Shown here: piece by piece, positions 1-12,612 of the stretch | Layout of the letters: each line of letters starts with the position of its first letter | Numbering within the stretch: position 1 is the stretch's first letter | NCBI GenBank assembly: GCA_951406725.2 | Contig: OX597826.1 | Location: forward strand, 35,340,001 to 35,404,000 | Direction: 5' to 3' | Length of the DNA: 64,000 nt | Source of the DNA: Octopus vulgaris | Taxonomy: Eukaryota | The notes under the pieces: model-generated | What the model saw: the letters and a program-made list of their open reading frames with translations, nothing else | What the model was told of the DNA's origin: nothing | Database searches by the model: none | Made by a program: the position numbers and the translations under genes

Positions 1-634
1 ATAAATGCACTAAATCTACTCAATAAGAAAAGTTAATTAAATAAAACTTAGTCAATAATTTAGATTTAGACAATGAAATTACAAATTAGATCTAACAGCA
101 CACCGAAATATTTGAGAGTAAAAGACAATGGCAAGATAGACGACACTGAAACAAATCGGTGAATTTGATAAGAGTATTGTGGAATAATGAAACTGTTTTG
201 CTCATTACATTATGTAAATATTTACGCAACTAATTATCTTAAGCTTGGACTTTATAGTTTTTCCCTTCTGCCTGTGCTCGTTTCTAAATATTCTTATAAA
301 CAAGAATTTATTGTTATCAATTTCTGTTTGCATTAAGCTCCTTCCTTCGTCTGTGTGTCATAGCTATGCTTTAACTATATCACAGTTAGGATGGAGGATT
401 AGAATTATCCAGAGTGGGTTTATCGCTTTATCTTCTAAAACTCTTCATGTTTCTTAAGTTCGATTTCTTTCGGATTTTTCTCCTTTTTGTTTGTTTTCTT
501 GAGTTTACAGATAATGTCTGCGGTATTTAAGGTATACATGTGTCTTGTTTCTGGTACTGGTCTCAACTTGGAATATTTAATCTGACTCTCTTTCAGTGCT
601 CTCACTACTTTTATATTCATAAACACACACACAA

Positions 635-679
635 ACGCATGCATGCACACACACACACACACACACACAACGCATGCAT

Positions 680-714
<35 letters not shown>
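635..714. repeat. (CA)n microsatellite with a duplicated AACGCATGCATG interruption
   Basis: Directly visible CA runs; explains the HT/VC ORFs. Confidence 0.95.
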
Positions 715-716
<2 letters not shown>

Positions 717-895
717 AACACTAACATTCTGCATAAACTTGCATCTACACATACTAACGTTATATTCATACTCTCAACTCAATATCATACCTCAATACAA
801 ACACTTCTCAGAGCTCTTGACCTAGCTTGTTCTGATTGATTCCATGAGAGCAGACAGAGGTCTCACAGGGTCTCTTTCTGCAAAATATAAGCTTT

Positions 896-1314
896 GGTAC
901 TTTTCGGTTTGAACGGCAGCTTTTAACATAATTTCTAGGTGACTAAAAACTTTTATACTTCGTATACTGGTAGAATGTGTTTATAAAACATCTTTTTCTC
1001 TTGGCTTTATTGAGAAAATTCTATAGTTCGTAATATATTTGTTGTCTTTTTTCTTCAATTTCTGCAATTTCAACAAGTCACTGACGTGTATTGAGGTAAA
1101 AAAACATTCTGTGCCGTATGAATATGTCCCTCGTTTAAGAAACAGATTGGGTTTATTTACATTTGTTAAGAAAAAGAGACACTCTTCCCCCCACCCCTAA
1201 CCTTAACCCTAAAACAGATTGAAATGCAATAGATCGATACTAGGGTCATAATTATGGGTGACAATTTCATGTGACACCGCTAGAAAAAACTGCCCTTCAA
1301 ACTGAAAAGATCCC
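896..1314. mobile_element. Non-autonomous DNA element (MITE-like) with ~30-bp imperfect terminal inverted repeats
   Basis: Left end GGTACTTTTCGGTTTGAACGGCAGCTTTT matches the reverse complement of right end AAAAAACTGCCCTTCAAACTGAAAAGATCCC; internal CCCTAACCTTAACCCTAA. Confidence 0.6.
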
Positions 1315-1862
1315 TTGAATGTTAACTTACTGTTTTTATGTAAACTTAATGATACCAAAACCTAATTCCCCGTTATTTCATAGATGTTGACATGTATTCT
1401 ACATCAACTACATTGCTTGCCTCGACCAACTTTTCACCATTTATTCACGATACACCCAGACATTTTAATGCCAGAATTCACACATTAAGTTATTATAATT
1501 TCTTACTCATCATAAAAACCAAACATTTATTCCATAATATTGTACAACACATTAGAAAACAACCTTTTCCATATAATTACCATTTTCGCAAACTTGCACA
1601 AACCTAGTTCACACGTTTGAATTTACAATAGCCTCTCAAGTTTGGTCACACAGTATGATCACTCTTCACTCCTGAAAAACAACTTCTTTGCTCTCCTAAC
1701 TATCTGCCTTTCATTGCCAGGGTTTTGCAACTGTAAATCAATATTTCTTTCCCTTCCACTTCCGTCTCTCCAAAGTATTGCCATATCTTCGTTTTATCTC
1801 CACCACAATGAAATCCCCTGAAATCGTTGACACATTTTCGCTGTCTCTGTCGACTTGCTCAT

Positions 1863-2088
<226 letters not shown>

Positions 2089-3400
2089 CACTGATCAACA
2101 AAAAAATGTTTTTGAACTGGTGTCGAGACAGCAAACATCTTTTTTAGTTAATTTGAGGGCGCTGAATCTGAAAATGGCCTTAGTTTTTCTTGTTTAGCTA
2201 ACATTTTTGCTGTACAGTAATGCTTCATTTCTTGGGGGGGGGGGGGCATGTTTCATTTGTTTTCTGTTTATTTGTTATTCATCGATGGCAATATTTCTCA
2301 AATTAAAATCTGAGAAACCTCTCAATTCCTATTCAAACCAACGAATGTTGGTCTACTCATTGAGAAATACTATTTTTGCAATAACAATCAGACCCAAAGT
2401 CTAAAAATAACACGATTGAATATACCGAAACCAAGAAGTATTTTCATCAAATCATTAAATAAACTAACAGCAGAAATAAAACCTTCGTGAACATAAGAAC
2501 TATAGTAAAAACTTTCTCTTTCTTGATTGTCTGTCATGTTATTTAAGTCCCTTTTGATACTCCAGCAGTAGTCAGCCATCATTCGTTTGTTCCACCGCCC
2601 CTGGTAGCGCTCTTCTATTGTTTTGATATCCTGATGGAATCGTTCTCCTTGCACATCACTCTCTTCGCCACAATTATCCAGAAATTTATCTAGATGGCTA
2701 TGTAAAAAATGAGCCTTAATACTCATATTAGCGCCTATGTCCTGTAGGCTTTTCAACAGCTTTTCCACTAGCTCCTTGTAGTTTTTGGCCCGGCGATTGC
2801 CTAAGACGTTTTTCACCAAGTCAACAAACGATGTCCAAGCGAATAATTCCAAGTCATTCATTGAATTAACAAATTCATCATCCTTTATGAGTTTCCTTAT
2901 ATCAGGATCATCAAACACTCCTGCTTTGAGTTCTTCGGTGCTAAGGCCTGGAAACGATTTACATATATACTCAAAACATTTACTTTCTTTATTGAGTGAC
3001 TTTACATACTCTTTCATTAATTTCAATTTGATATACAAGGGAAGGAAGATGATTTTTTTCTTTCAGAACTAGCGCTGCACTAATAACGTTCTATTCACTG
3101 GCCTTCAACTCTCGGGGTGGCCAATCTTTCTTTTTCCAATGCCCCTCTTTTGCTCTACTGTTCCACATACACAAAAAAACATGGGAATTTCGTGTAGCCA
3201 CTTTGTTGACCAAGCAAGAAATTTACCGTTTTCAAATGGACACATAACACCCATTTATGTTTGGTGTAGTCAATTTGTTCTATAACCTGTTTGATGGCAT
3301 GTTTTCCCTTCAATGTTTTTGAATGACCTACAGGTATTGGCGCATACATTTTGGTATTATTGAGGAAAACACAGTCTGCATCTTTACTGAAACACTGTCG
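2089..3400 (-). mobile_element. Chapaev3-type (CMC superfamily) DNA transposon, 5'-truncated fossil
   Basis: Terminus CACTGATCAACAAAAAAATG at 2089. Minus-strand frames give the family motifs PIPVGHS..LK, W.LC..LK..NFLLGQQSGYTKFPCF, IKL.LMK..VK.L, MSIK.HFLHSHLD.F, GERFHQDIK..E.RYQGRW...MMADYCW. Confidence 0.8.
2388..3395 (-). pseudogene. Frameshifted Chapaev3-type DDE transposase; longest piece is the 216-aa ORF 2388-3038
   Basis: ORFs 3328-3519 (part), 3155-3349 and 2388-3038 are consecutive pieces of one transposase in different frames. Confidence 0.8.
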
Positions 3401-4225
3401 GGCGGAAGGCCTGTCCTTAAAGGTTCGGCTTCATTTTCGCTGTTACTATCAGAGTTTCTTCGGAAAATCTTGTCTCTCATAAACTGAGGTAAGTCAACAC
3501 CAATATTATTTTTCGACATCTGATAGTTTCAAGCAACTTTCTATAGCATCATTTGTGCTGTTGGGGTAATGTGTGCTGCATTTTTTGTGGGGGAGGAGTA
3601 TTGTATGTATCAATATGTTTTGTTTGAGTCTTCTGTTGTATTAGTTTTTTTGTATTGTGTGTTGTTAGTGCAGCACTGTTTGTGTTTTTCTGTCTCATAA
3701 CGGCCTTTTGTGACACATGTTGTGGGCTTTGTTCATTTTGTTGAGCATTTACGGTATGAATTTATTCCTGTGTGTTTTTGGAGGAGTGTTGCATAGTAGT
3801 ATGTGTAAATCATAAATCAACTATTTCATAGTATTTACGCTTATCCGTCTGCCGTTCTTTCTCTTTTGCTTGGTTTTGCTATGGATTCGCTTTCACAGTG
3901 TTTACTTTTTTAACTGAACACTGCCCTGTACATGTGTCGATGTTTCTTTCGTAGTTATAATAATTATCGATGTATCAGCGAGAGACCATAAATAAACAGC
4001 AATGTGTGTATATAGAGAGGTCTTATATAAATATGGATGTATATGTAATTAAAATTTAAAATTTTACTCACAGGTTGCAGTTTTTGTTTAGAAATATTGC
4101 AGTGTTTACATTTTTACGCACATGTTGCTATCCAATGGGAAGCTATTTTTGTATTTATACTGCATATAAGAAAAATCTTTCAGTTTCCTGAGATGGCTTA
4201 TATTAAGACAGTTTTCTTTTATTGT

Positions 4226-4559
4226 GAAGGCACGTGGCTTAGTAGTTAGAGGATTCGTAAGGTTGAGAGTTCAATTCCCGGTCAATTCCCGGTCAATTCC
4301 CGGCGACGCGTTGTTTCTATGAGCAAGGCACTTTATTTCACGTTGCTCCAGTCCACTCAGCAGGCAAAAATGAGTAGTACCTGTATTTCAAAGGGAATAC
4401 CATGTCACACTCTGTGTCACACTGAATCTCCCTGAGAACTACATTAAAGGCACACGTACCTGTGGAGTGCTCATCCACTTGCAGATTAATTTCACGAGCA
4501 AGCTGTTCCGTTGATTGTATCAGCTGCGACTCTCATCATCATAACCAACGGAGTGCTCC
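4226..4559 (+). mobile_element. tRNA-derived SINE (family E1) with 13-bp target-site duplication
   Basis: A-box TGGCTTAGTAG, B-box GTTCAATTCC, central GAGCAAGGCACTTT..CCAGTCCACTCAGC domain; TSD TTTCTTTTATTGT at 4213-4225 and 4560-4572; 3' half shared with the SINE at 55982. Confidence 0.9.
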
Positions 4560-6119
4560 TTTCTTTTATTGTATTTGCAGATTCTTAATTCCTGCTTCGT
4601 GGTATTTTCAGATTTGATCTATCTTCCCAGCAGCTCGCTGCCACACATCAATATTGTTTGGCACTGGTGCTGCAGTATTATTATTTATTATTTATTATAG
4701 TTTATTGCGCTGATTTTGATCGAGTCATAACACCCTCTCTGGTTATGCGCTGGAATGCAATCCGTCTATATACTTTTCTTTGGTAGTATACTGGTTAATT
4801 CATGCTAACTATAACTAATAGACAGAATATAAAATAACCATAAAAATTAGATGTTGTTTAAAACTTTTTTCACCTTAGCACAACTCCTTTCATTTCAAAG
4901 AATCATACCATCAACCCACTCTTTCATTACTACCCTGAAAGACATCGAGAGGGCTTCTATAATATATGACAGGTCAATCCCCAAGTACTCGTAAACAAAA
5001 ATCGCTCGAATGATTGCCTTCGCATTTAGAAAAATTATAAGGAGACATATGATCTTTTCTCAATTACACTTAAATTGACAGGATGGCTATAGCTGGGACT
5101 TCCATGACTATACGTCGACATGATCATTGTTCATTTGTAGATAAATGATAAGCATTAACAGAAACTGGTCCTCGTTTAATGAAAAATATTTTTTAAAGCG
5201 GATAACTTGACGAGGAAACCATTTAACTCTGCTAGACTCTTAGAAGGAGTAAAAAGAAACACTATGAAAAATCTTGCAACATCTTTTTTTTTTATCAATA
5301 GGCAGATTCCAGACTCACTTATCCCTGAAAACATATCAAAACTCTAACTTTAACCATAATCTTAACCCTAAAATTAAGCCTAATACTTACTTTAGAACTC
5401 TCCCTAAAGCTAGACATAACAGTCTACAAGTAAGTCTGATCAATGAAAGCTGAAGTCTGGACCTCAATAGGATCAACAAGTACAACACCAACATATCAAA
5501 AAAATACATACATTTGGGATTTATTTGTTCGTTTTGAGAATGAAAACGAAAATGTTTCGTGCAATTGTTCCTCTTCGAGGAAGAATATCATAGCTTGTTG
5601 TTGTCTTGGTTGTAAAATTGCACCTAACTTTCAATATTAAATTTCATTCAATATAATTACTTCCAGCTAGAAATATTAACTAAACTAAATTATATTTCTG
5701 CTGAAATCTACAGATTTATCTGAATGTCTGATATTTATTTCGTACATTTCACTACAAACTGTTCTTGAATATATGACGAAGACGACGGCAGCGATAACGA
5801 CGATGGTGATCTTTCTGACGTTGTTCAGATGTTTATTTTATTATTTATTTAAACATTAAGTATAAATTTGTTGCTTTTTATATTTATATGTATTATTTCG
5901 TATTACATTTCTGTTTTTAATGGGACAGTTATGCCTCCTAGTTTCACAGAAATCATAAATTATTTTCACTTCCTTATAAACTGGCTGTTTCACCGTTGGA
6001 CGTTACTTTGTTGCAGATACAGATACCTTTGATGAGTTTCCATTCTAGATACATCTTTATGTGTGAGGGTATGTTTGTGTGGGTATGGATATATGTAATT
6101 ATAGGTGTGTCCGCGCGTG

Positions 6120-6233
<114 letters not shown>

Positions 6234-6868
6234 ACTATATCTATTGATTTATCAATCTTATATATATATATATACACACACACATGAATCTGCTTGTGTA
6301 TAAATGTATGAATGCTTGTATGCATTGTAAATTATATACGATGTGTGTTAAGTGTATATGTGCATCTACTAAAATTTCTTTTATTTCTATATCGTATGTT
6401 CGTATGTTAGGTGTTTTTATTTTATTTTTCTCCTTGAAGCATCCACAAGTATATTTGGGTCTAGGACATCCTGTATTCCACCATAAAACGTGACCAATAA
6501 CACAGCCATTTGCTTTTTAATCTAATAAGAATCAGTTCAGTTGAATATATTTTCAATAAGTCCTTTGAAAAAATGCCGCCGCCGATCTCAGCAAAAAGGA
6601 AACATATTATTGCTGACAGTAAGCTGTTTCGGATGCACACACATAGAAATACATATAAGCACTCCCATAAATATACTTACGCACATAAAGTGTAAGATAT
6701 AAAATAAAAATTATATATACACACACACACATATTTCAGTACATTTCAATATGCATATGTGTGAACGTGTATGTACATATCTACACACGCACACACACAT
6801 ATATATATATATACTTATATATATATAGGTGTATGTTTGTATTTATGTATATATATATATAGACATAC

Positions 6869-6937
<69 letters not shown>

Positions 6938-7524
6938 TGTGTGTGTATGTATATATGTATATATCTGTGTGCTCGTTCTTGTGGAATACGTGTATATATG
7001 AGTGTGTGTATATATTGAACGGATATGTAATAAAACATTCTATTTATTTGCTAGAAGCCAAGTGAATCATGCGAAAATTTTTACTGTTTATTTTCAAAAT
7101 TACTTTTTAAAAAATTTGTTCCAAAATGGGCAAAAATTATTCATTAAAGAATTCTCAACATATCTTTGGTATTTTATAGATGCGTAGGATGGGTGAGGCA
7201 GGGGAAAGAGACAGTAGAAGGAAATATAGACTAGTGAGAACGATAACTACAGTAATACTAATAAAACCAATATTCTTTCGCTTTCGCTAAAACGACTACT
7301 CGTGCCAATACATCTATTACTACTACAACTTAATAATAATAATAATGATAATAATAATAATTGATTAAAACGTAAGAAGCGATCAAACGGCATGGTAAAA
7401 ATGCCTATTCATAAAAATGTCTAAGTACTAAATGGTAAAAGTAAGATGCATCTCTCTCTCTTTATACACACACACACACACATATATAAAACAGACGAAT
7501 GGGCTGTCTAGCTTTTTGTGATTG

Positions 7525-7572
<48 letters not shown>

Positions 7573-7715
7573 GCGCATGAGTCGCTTTCTGGTTAGTAGC
7601 TTGCATACCAACCACAAGGTTCCGGGTTCAGCTCCACTGCGTGGCACCTTGGGTAATTGTCTTCTACAAAAAGCCTTGTGAGTAGATTTGGTAGACGGAA
7701 ACTGAACGAAGCCCG

Positions 7716-7755
<40 letters not shown>

Positions 7756-7759
<4 letters not shown>

Positions 7760-8021
7760 GTAAATATAATATGTGACAATTATTCGGGAGCCATGATAGA
7801 ACACCGAGTTTCGAATGTCGGAGCGGAAACCCACACCAACACCTCTTCAGTTATCGGGCCATCGATAAAATGGCCCGACAACTGAAGAGATGCTGGCGTG
7901 GATTTCTGAGTTTTATCATGGCAACCAAATAACTGTCACATATTATATTTAGAGATAAATTCCTCTATTTACATAATATTGAGGTCTCTTTTATTCTTTA
8001 GTTGTTTTGCCGTTTCTATCA
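7756..8021. mobile_element. Short fold-back (palindromic) Penelope-type element with hammerhead motif and unique 3' tail
   Basis: Arms 7756-7862 and 7870-7956 are reverse complements (right arm has a ~20-nt deletion); inserted in the SINE's (TA)n tract. Confidence 0.75.
7795..7855 (-). ncRNA. Type I hammerhead ribozyme motif
   Basis: Minus strand: GATAA-CTGAAGA-G-GTGTTGG..CCGACATT-C-GAAAC-TCGGT-GTT-CTATC (core, long stem II, short stem III, stem I). Confidence 0.7.
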
Positions 8022-8384
8022 ATATATATATGTGTGCGTGCGTATGTTTTTGTGTTTGTCGGCCCCATCATTGCTTGACAACCAATGTTGATGTGTTTAT
8101 GTCCCCGTAACTTAGTGGTTCAGCGAAAGAGACAGATAAAAGAAGTACTACGCTTACAAAGAATAAGTCCCTGTGTTGATTTGTTTGACTAAAGGTGGTG
8201 CTCCAGCATGGTCACAGTCAAATGACTGAAAAAATAAAACAAATATATATATATATGTATATAAATATGTATGTATATGTGTATATATATATGTATGTGT
8301 GTATATACATGTAATGTATATATAAGTACATATATGTGTGCATATGTATATATATATGTGTGTGTGTGTGTATATATATATATA

Positions 8385-8788
8385 CTCTTTTACTCTTTTA
8401 CTTGTTTCAGTCATTTAACTGTGGCCATACTGGAGCACCGCCTTTAGTCGAACAAATCGACCCCAGGACTTATTCTTTTGTAAGCACAGTACTTATTATA
8501 TCGGTCTCTTTTGCCGAACCGCTAAGTAACGGGGACATAAACACACCAGCATCGGTTGTCAAGCAATGCTAGGGGGACAAACACAGACACACAAACACAC
8601 ACACGCATATATATATACATATATACGACGGGCTTCATTCAGTTTCCGTCTACCAAATCCACTCACAAGGCTTTGGTTGGCCCGAGGCTACAGTAGAAGA
8701 CACTTGCCCAAGATGCCACGCAGTGGGACTGAACCCGGAACCATGTGGTTGGTAAGCAAGTTACTTACCAAACAGCCACTCCTGCGCC
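8385..8788 (-). mobile_element. SINE family B, full length
   Basis: tRNA-like head (GGCGCAGGAGTGGCTG..GGTTCAGTCCC), CORE-like segment, tail CCAGTATGGCCACAGTT..GACTGAAACAAG(TAAAAGAG)n. Confidence 0.93.
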
Positions 8789-8790
8789 TA

Positions 8791-8895
<105 letters not shown>

Positions 8896-9280
8896 TCAGA
8901 TGTAGATATATATATTTATATATTTGTCTGTGTAGTGCTAGAAATTTTTGAGAATCGGTACACTATCGATTGTAATAGCTAGGTGAAATTGCTGCTCTAT
9001 TTTAATTTTTATAAAAAGGAATAAATATAAATATACATAAATAAAAAAATATATAAATACATAAAAGGATAAAATATGCAAGTTCTGAGATAATTATAAT
9101 AAAAATAAGCAAATTTGTAAAAGTACGAAAATTAAAAAATATTGAACATATTTCATTATTGGATTTATTTTATTTTAAATATATTTTACAAATAGATTAT
9201 AAGAATCTATGTGAACTTTTATTTATTCAAGCTCACAACATTTATATATGTGATCACACATACACACCTACATGCTCACA

Positions 9281-9320
<40 letters not shown>

Positions 9321-10580
9321 TGTTGATGCAGAAGCATGAAGTACAAGAAAACTTGGTCGGAAAAATCTACACGAATTGAACCAGTGAAAAAGGAACACAG
9401 AGGTGGCAAAACTGTCCAATTCTTAAAGAGTGAGACTCTGGCTGTCTGAAAACATCCAATACAAATTAAGAGACTTTATCTATCCAAACTAATAAAAAAA
9501 TCTAAGAACAAAAATTGAATGTCTGTATGCAATTAAAGGAGCATATTTGAAATCAAAGCAGCACCAACTCTCGCCTTTTGTGTATGTGTGTGTACACAGA
9601 AAATTATTTATGCATTACTTCCTCCTGTTGTAAAGGGATTATGTGCCTTCAGCCATTTAAGTCTGATCAGTCACCTATACCTCTAAGTAGATTTTAAGTG
9701 CGGAAACCAATGTCCACTCTATATGTCTCTATCACTAGCTATAACTTTGAACTTCATATGTTCTAGCTTAAGAAGACTAATCAAATTTACGATATCAAAC
9801 GTATTTGAAGAGTCAGAAACCTAGGTACTAGATTATCTGATTCTGGGTTGACCATTTATCTAATGTTCTCCCTAGAGGTAAGACGAAATTCTTTACGTTT
9901 GCTGCCCTTACACGTCTTTGCCAGTATATACACAGTGAAGCTTTACTATAGCGTCGTAAATTTATCGACTGCTATTTCCAGTAAACCTTTAATGCCTTGT
10001 TGTACCACTACTCTATATGTGTGTGTATGCATCTATGTATGTAAATATGTGTATGTTATATGTTTTGTATTATATATACATATTTACACTCAGAAGGATT
10101 GATAGATATACCCACACACATATTTCTCATATGTATTTGTGTGCAAGCATCTAAACTGCGACACCAGAAACGTGCTGGAAATGGTCATTACCCTTTAACA
10201 CCTTTAATGCACTTTTCCTCACGATGAATCTTAGTATGTTTTTCATAAGGCAAATTATTATGACAACAGTGAGCCAACTTGTGACTAAATACCGAATACA
10301 GGTATCCATAGACTTCTCCTTGACCTCGGCATGCATTCAACTATATCTAGCAGGAAAACCTATCTAAACCACCTCAGTATATGAATTGTCTTCTATCATT
10401 TTATTAATTTTTAAACGCTTCCCTTAAATACATAATGTGCCCTTTGCTTAGGTTATCTCAGAGTTTGCAGAACTTTTTTAACCAATTGCCCCAAAATATA
10501 TTTATTTACGCAAACGTTAACCCTTAGATTTAAAAGGAAGAAAATTATAGATTCTTTGAATTCAAAAGGTTTATTGAATC

Positions 10581-10791
10581 TTTTTTTTCTTGTTTCAGTC
10601 ATTTGACTATGGCCATGCTGGAGCACCGCCTTTAGTCGAGCAAATCGACCCCAGGACTTATTCTTTGTAAGCCTAGTACTTATTCTATTGGTCTCTTTTG
10701 CCAAACCGCTAAGTTACGGGGAAGCAAACACACCAGCATCGGTTGTCAAGCAATGTTGGAGGGACAAACACAGACACAGACACACACACAA

Positions 10792-10851
<60 letters not shown>

Positions 10852-10998
10852 GACAGGCTTCTTTCAGTTTTCCGTCTACCAAATCCACCCACAAGACTTT
10901 GGTCGAGCCGAGGTTATAGTAGAAGACACTTGCCCAAGGTGCCACGCAGTTGGACTGAACCCAGAACCATGTGGTTGGTAAACAAGCTACTTACCACA
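10581..10998 (-). mobile_element. SINE family B, near full length
   Basis: Aligns along its length with 8385-8788. Confidence 0.93.
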
Positions 10999-11377
10999 TT
11001 CATTACGTTGGGCAGATGGGGTGGTGCCAGCAGAAATATTTCTGTCGCAACAAGGAACATGCTTTCAGATAATTTTACTTAAGTCTAATGACATCACATT
11101 ACCTCCAAGAATTTCCTTTTTACCCCACTTCGGGTAATTTACCACGGTTCACTGACCCCTGGGTTATCTCTTACGTTTTCTCCTGAAAACTACAAAACTA
11201 TATTCCGACATTTCTAATCACACCCATTGATATGCATTTGTCACTCATAACTCCTCGTTCATCTTGGTCATACACATGTAAATTTTTCTTCATACAGACT
11301 TCACAGTAAACTTTCACAGATATCTCAAAAACAAGTTTCACTGCTTACATGGGGATATTTTTTGCTCAAACAACACG

Positions 11378-12478
11378 AACACCCTCCCCTGCTACTGACT
11401 TGGTCACCTAGGTAACGGAAGCTACCAACTACTTCTAGATTTTCTCCCTGGAATGTGGCAGAAGTTGTTCTCTGCACATTTTCTGTGATTATTGAGTATC
11501 TGCCACATACAAAAACTATCTTCCTAGTTAGCCTTCCTTTGACATTGCTGCACCTCTTATGTGTCCACAGCTTACATTGGGTACATCTTACAGAGTTTCT
11601 ACTTACGCCTTTTCTACAGATTGAGCAGGGCCACCTACCTGAAGGGATCTGGGGTTTGTCTGCCTTCCTAATTATTAGGACTTTGATTTTAGCTAGCTTG
11701 ACTCTAAGACCCTTTGATTCTAATCCTTGCTTCCACTTCTGAAACTTCTCCTCTAGTTCTGATAGTGACACAGCAATGAGAGCAAGGCCGTCAGCATAGA
11801 GGAACTCCCAGGGGCATCCTGTCTTGAATACCTCTTCTATCTTGACCCCTACTTCTATCCGGAATTCTTCACTGTACTTGTTGCCAACCTTCACCTTACT
11901 GACAGCGGTCCTGTACATGGCTTGCACAGCTCTCACTAACCATTCATCTATTCCTAGATTCCTCATTGACCACCAGATAAGGGATTGAGGAACCCTGTTA
12001 AAGGCTTTCTCCATGTCAATAAAAGCCAGGTACAGAGGTTTATCTTTGGTTATATATTTCTCCTGCAGCTGTCTTACCAGAAATATAGCATCAGTGGTGC
12101 TTTTCTCTGGCACGAACCTAAACTGCATATCATCTAAACTGACTTTCTCCCTAATTAGTTGGGCTATGACCCTCTCCATGACCTTCATTAACTGATCCAA
12201 CAGCTTGATACTTCTCTAATTTGTATCTAAAGAGTCACCTTTACATTTTAGCTGTTGACTATGGTGCTGCTACACCAGTCATTAGATATGGCTCCTTCGT
12301 GTATCAGCTGGTGTACTATACTGGTGACTAGGCTATAGCCAACACCGCCAGAAATTTTGAGCATCTCTACAGTGATTCCTGATGGGCCGGAGGCTTTCCC
12401 TGTCTTCAGACTCTTAATTTCTTTATCTACCTAGGTACTGTCAATTTGGATAGCTGGTCCCTCTCTTGGGTCAACATT
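11378..12478 (-). mobile_element. RTE-clade LINE fragment (reverse transcriptase, decayed)
   Basis: ORF 11325-12200: MQF.F.P.KSTTDAIFLVRQLQEK, LAFIDMEKAF.RVP, LYADG(D)L, FRYLGD; near-identical to 50130-51260. Confidence 0.93.
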
Positions 12479-12580
12479 CATCAGACTTTCTTTCTCCCAT
12501 TCATTCTCTTTACTGAGGAACCTTTCATAGTGGCGTCTCCAAACCTCCCTACTTCTTCATATATATATATCCATATAAAT

Positions 12581-12612
<32 letters not shown>

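Larger units (their letters stand above)
7572..8243 (+). mobile_element. tRNA-derived SINE (family B; CORE-like GGCACCTTGGGCAAGTG, internal (TA/TG)n), interrupted by a nested fold-back element
   Basis: Head 7572-7717 and body/tail 8022-8243 align to the intact copy at 8385-8788. Confidence 0.9.
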
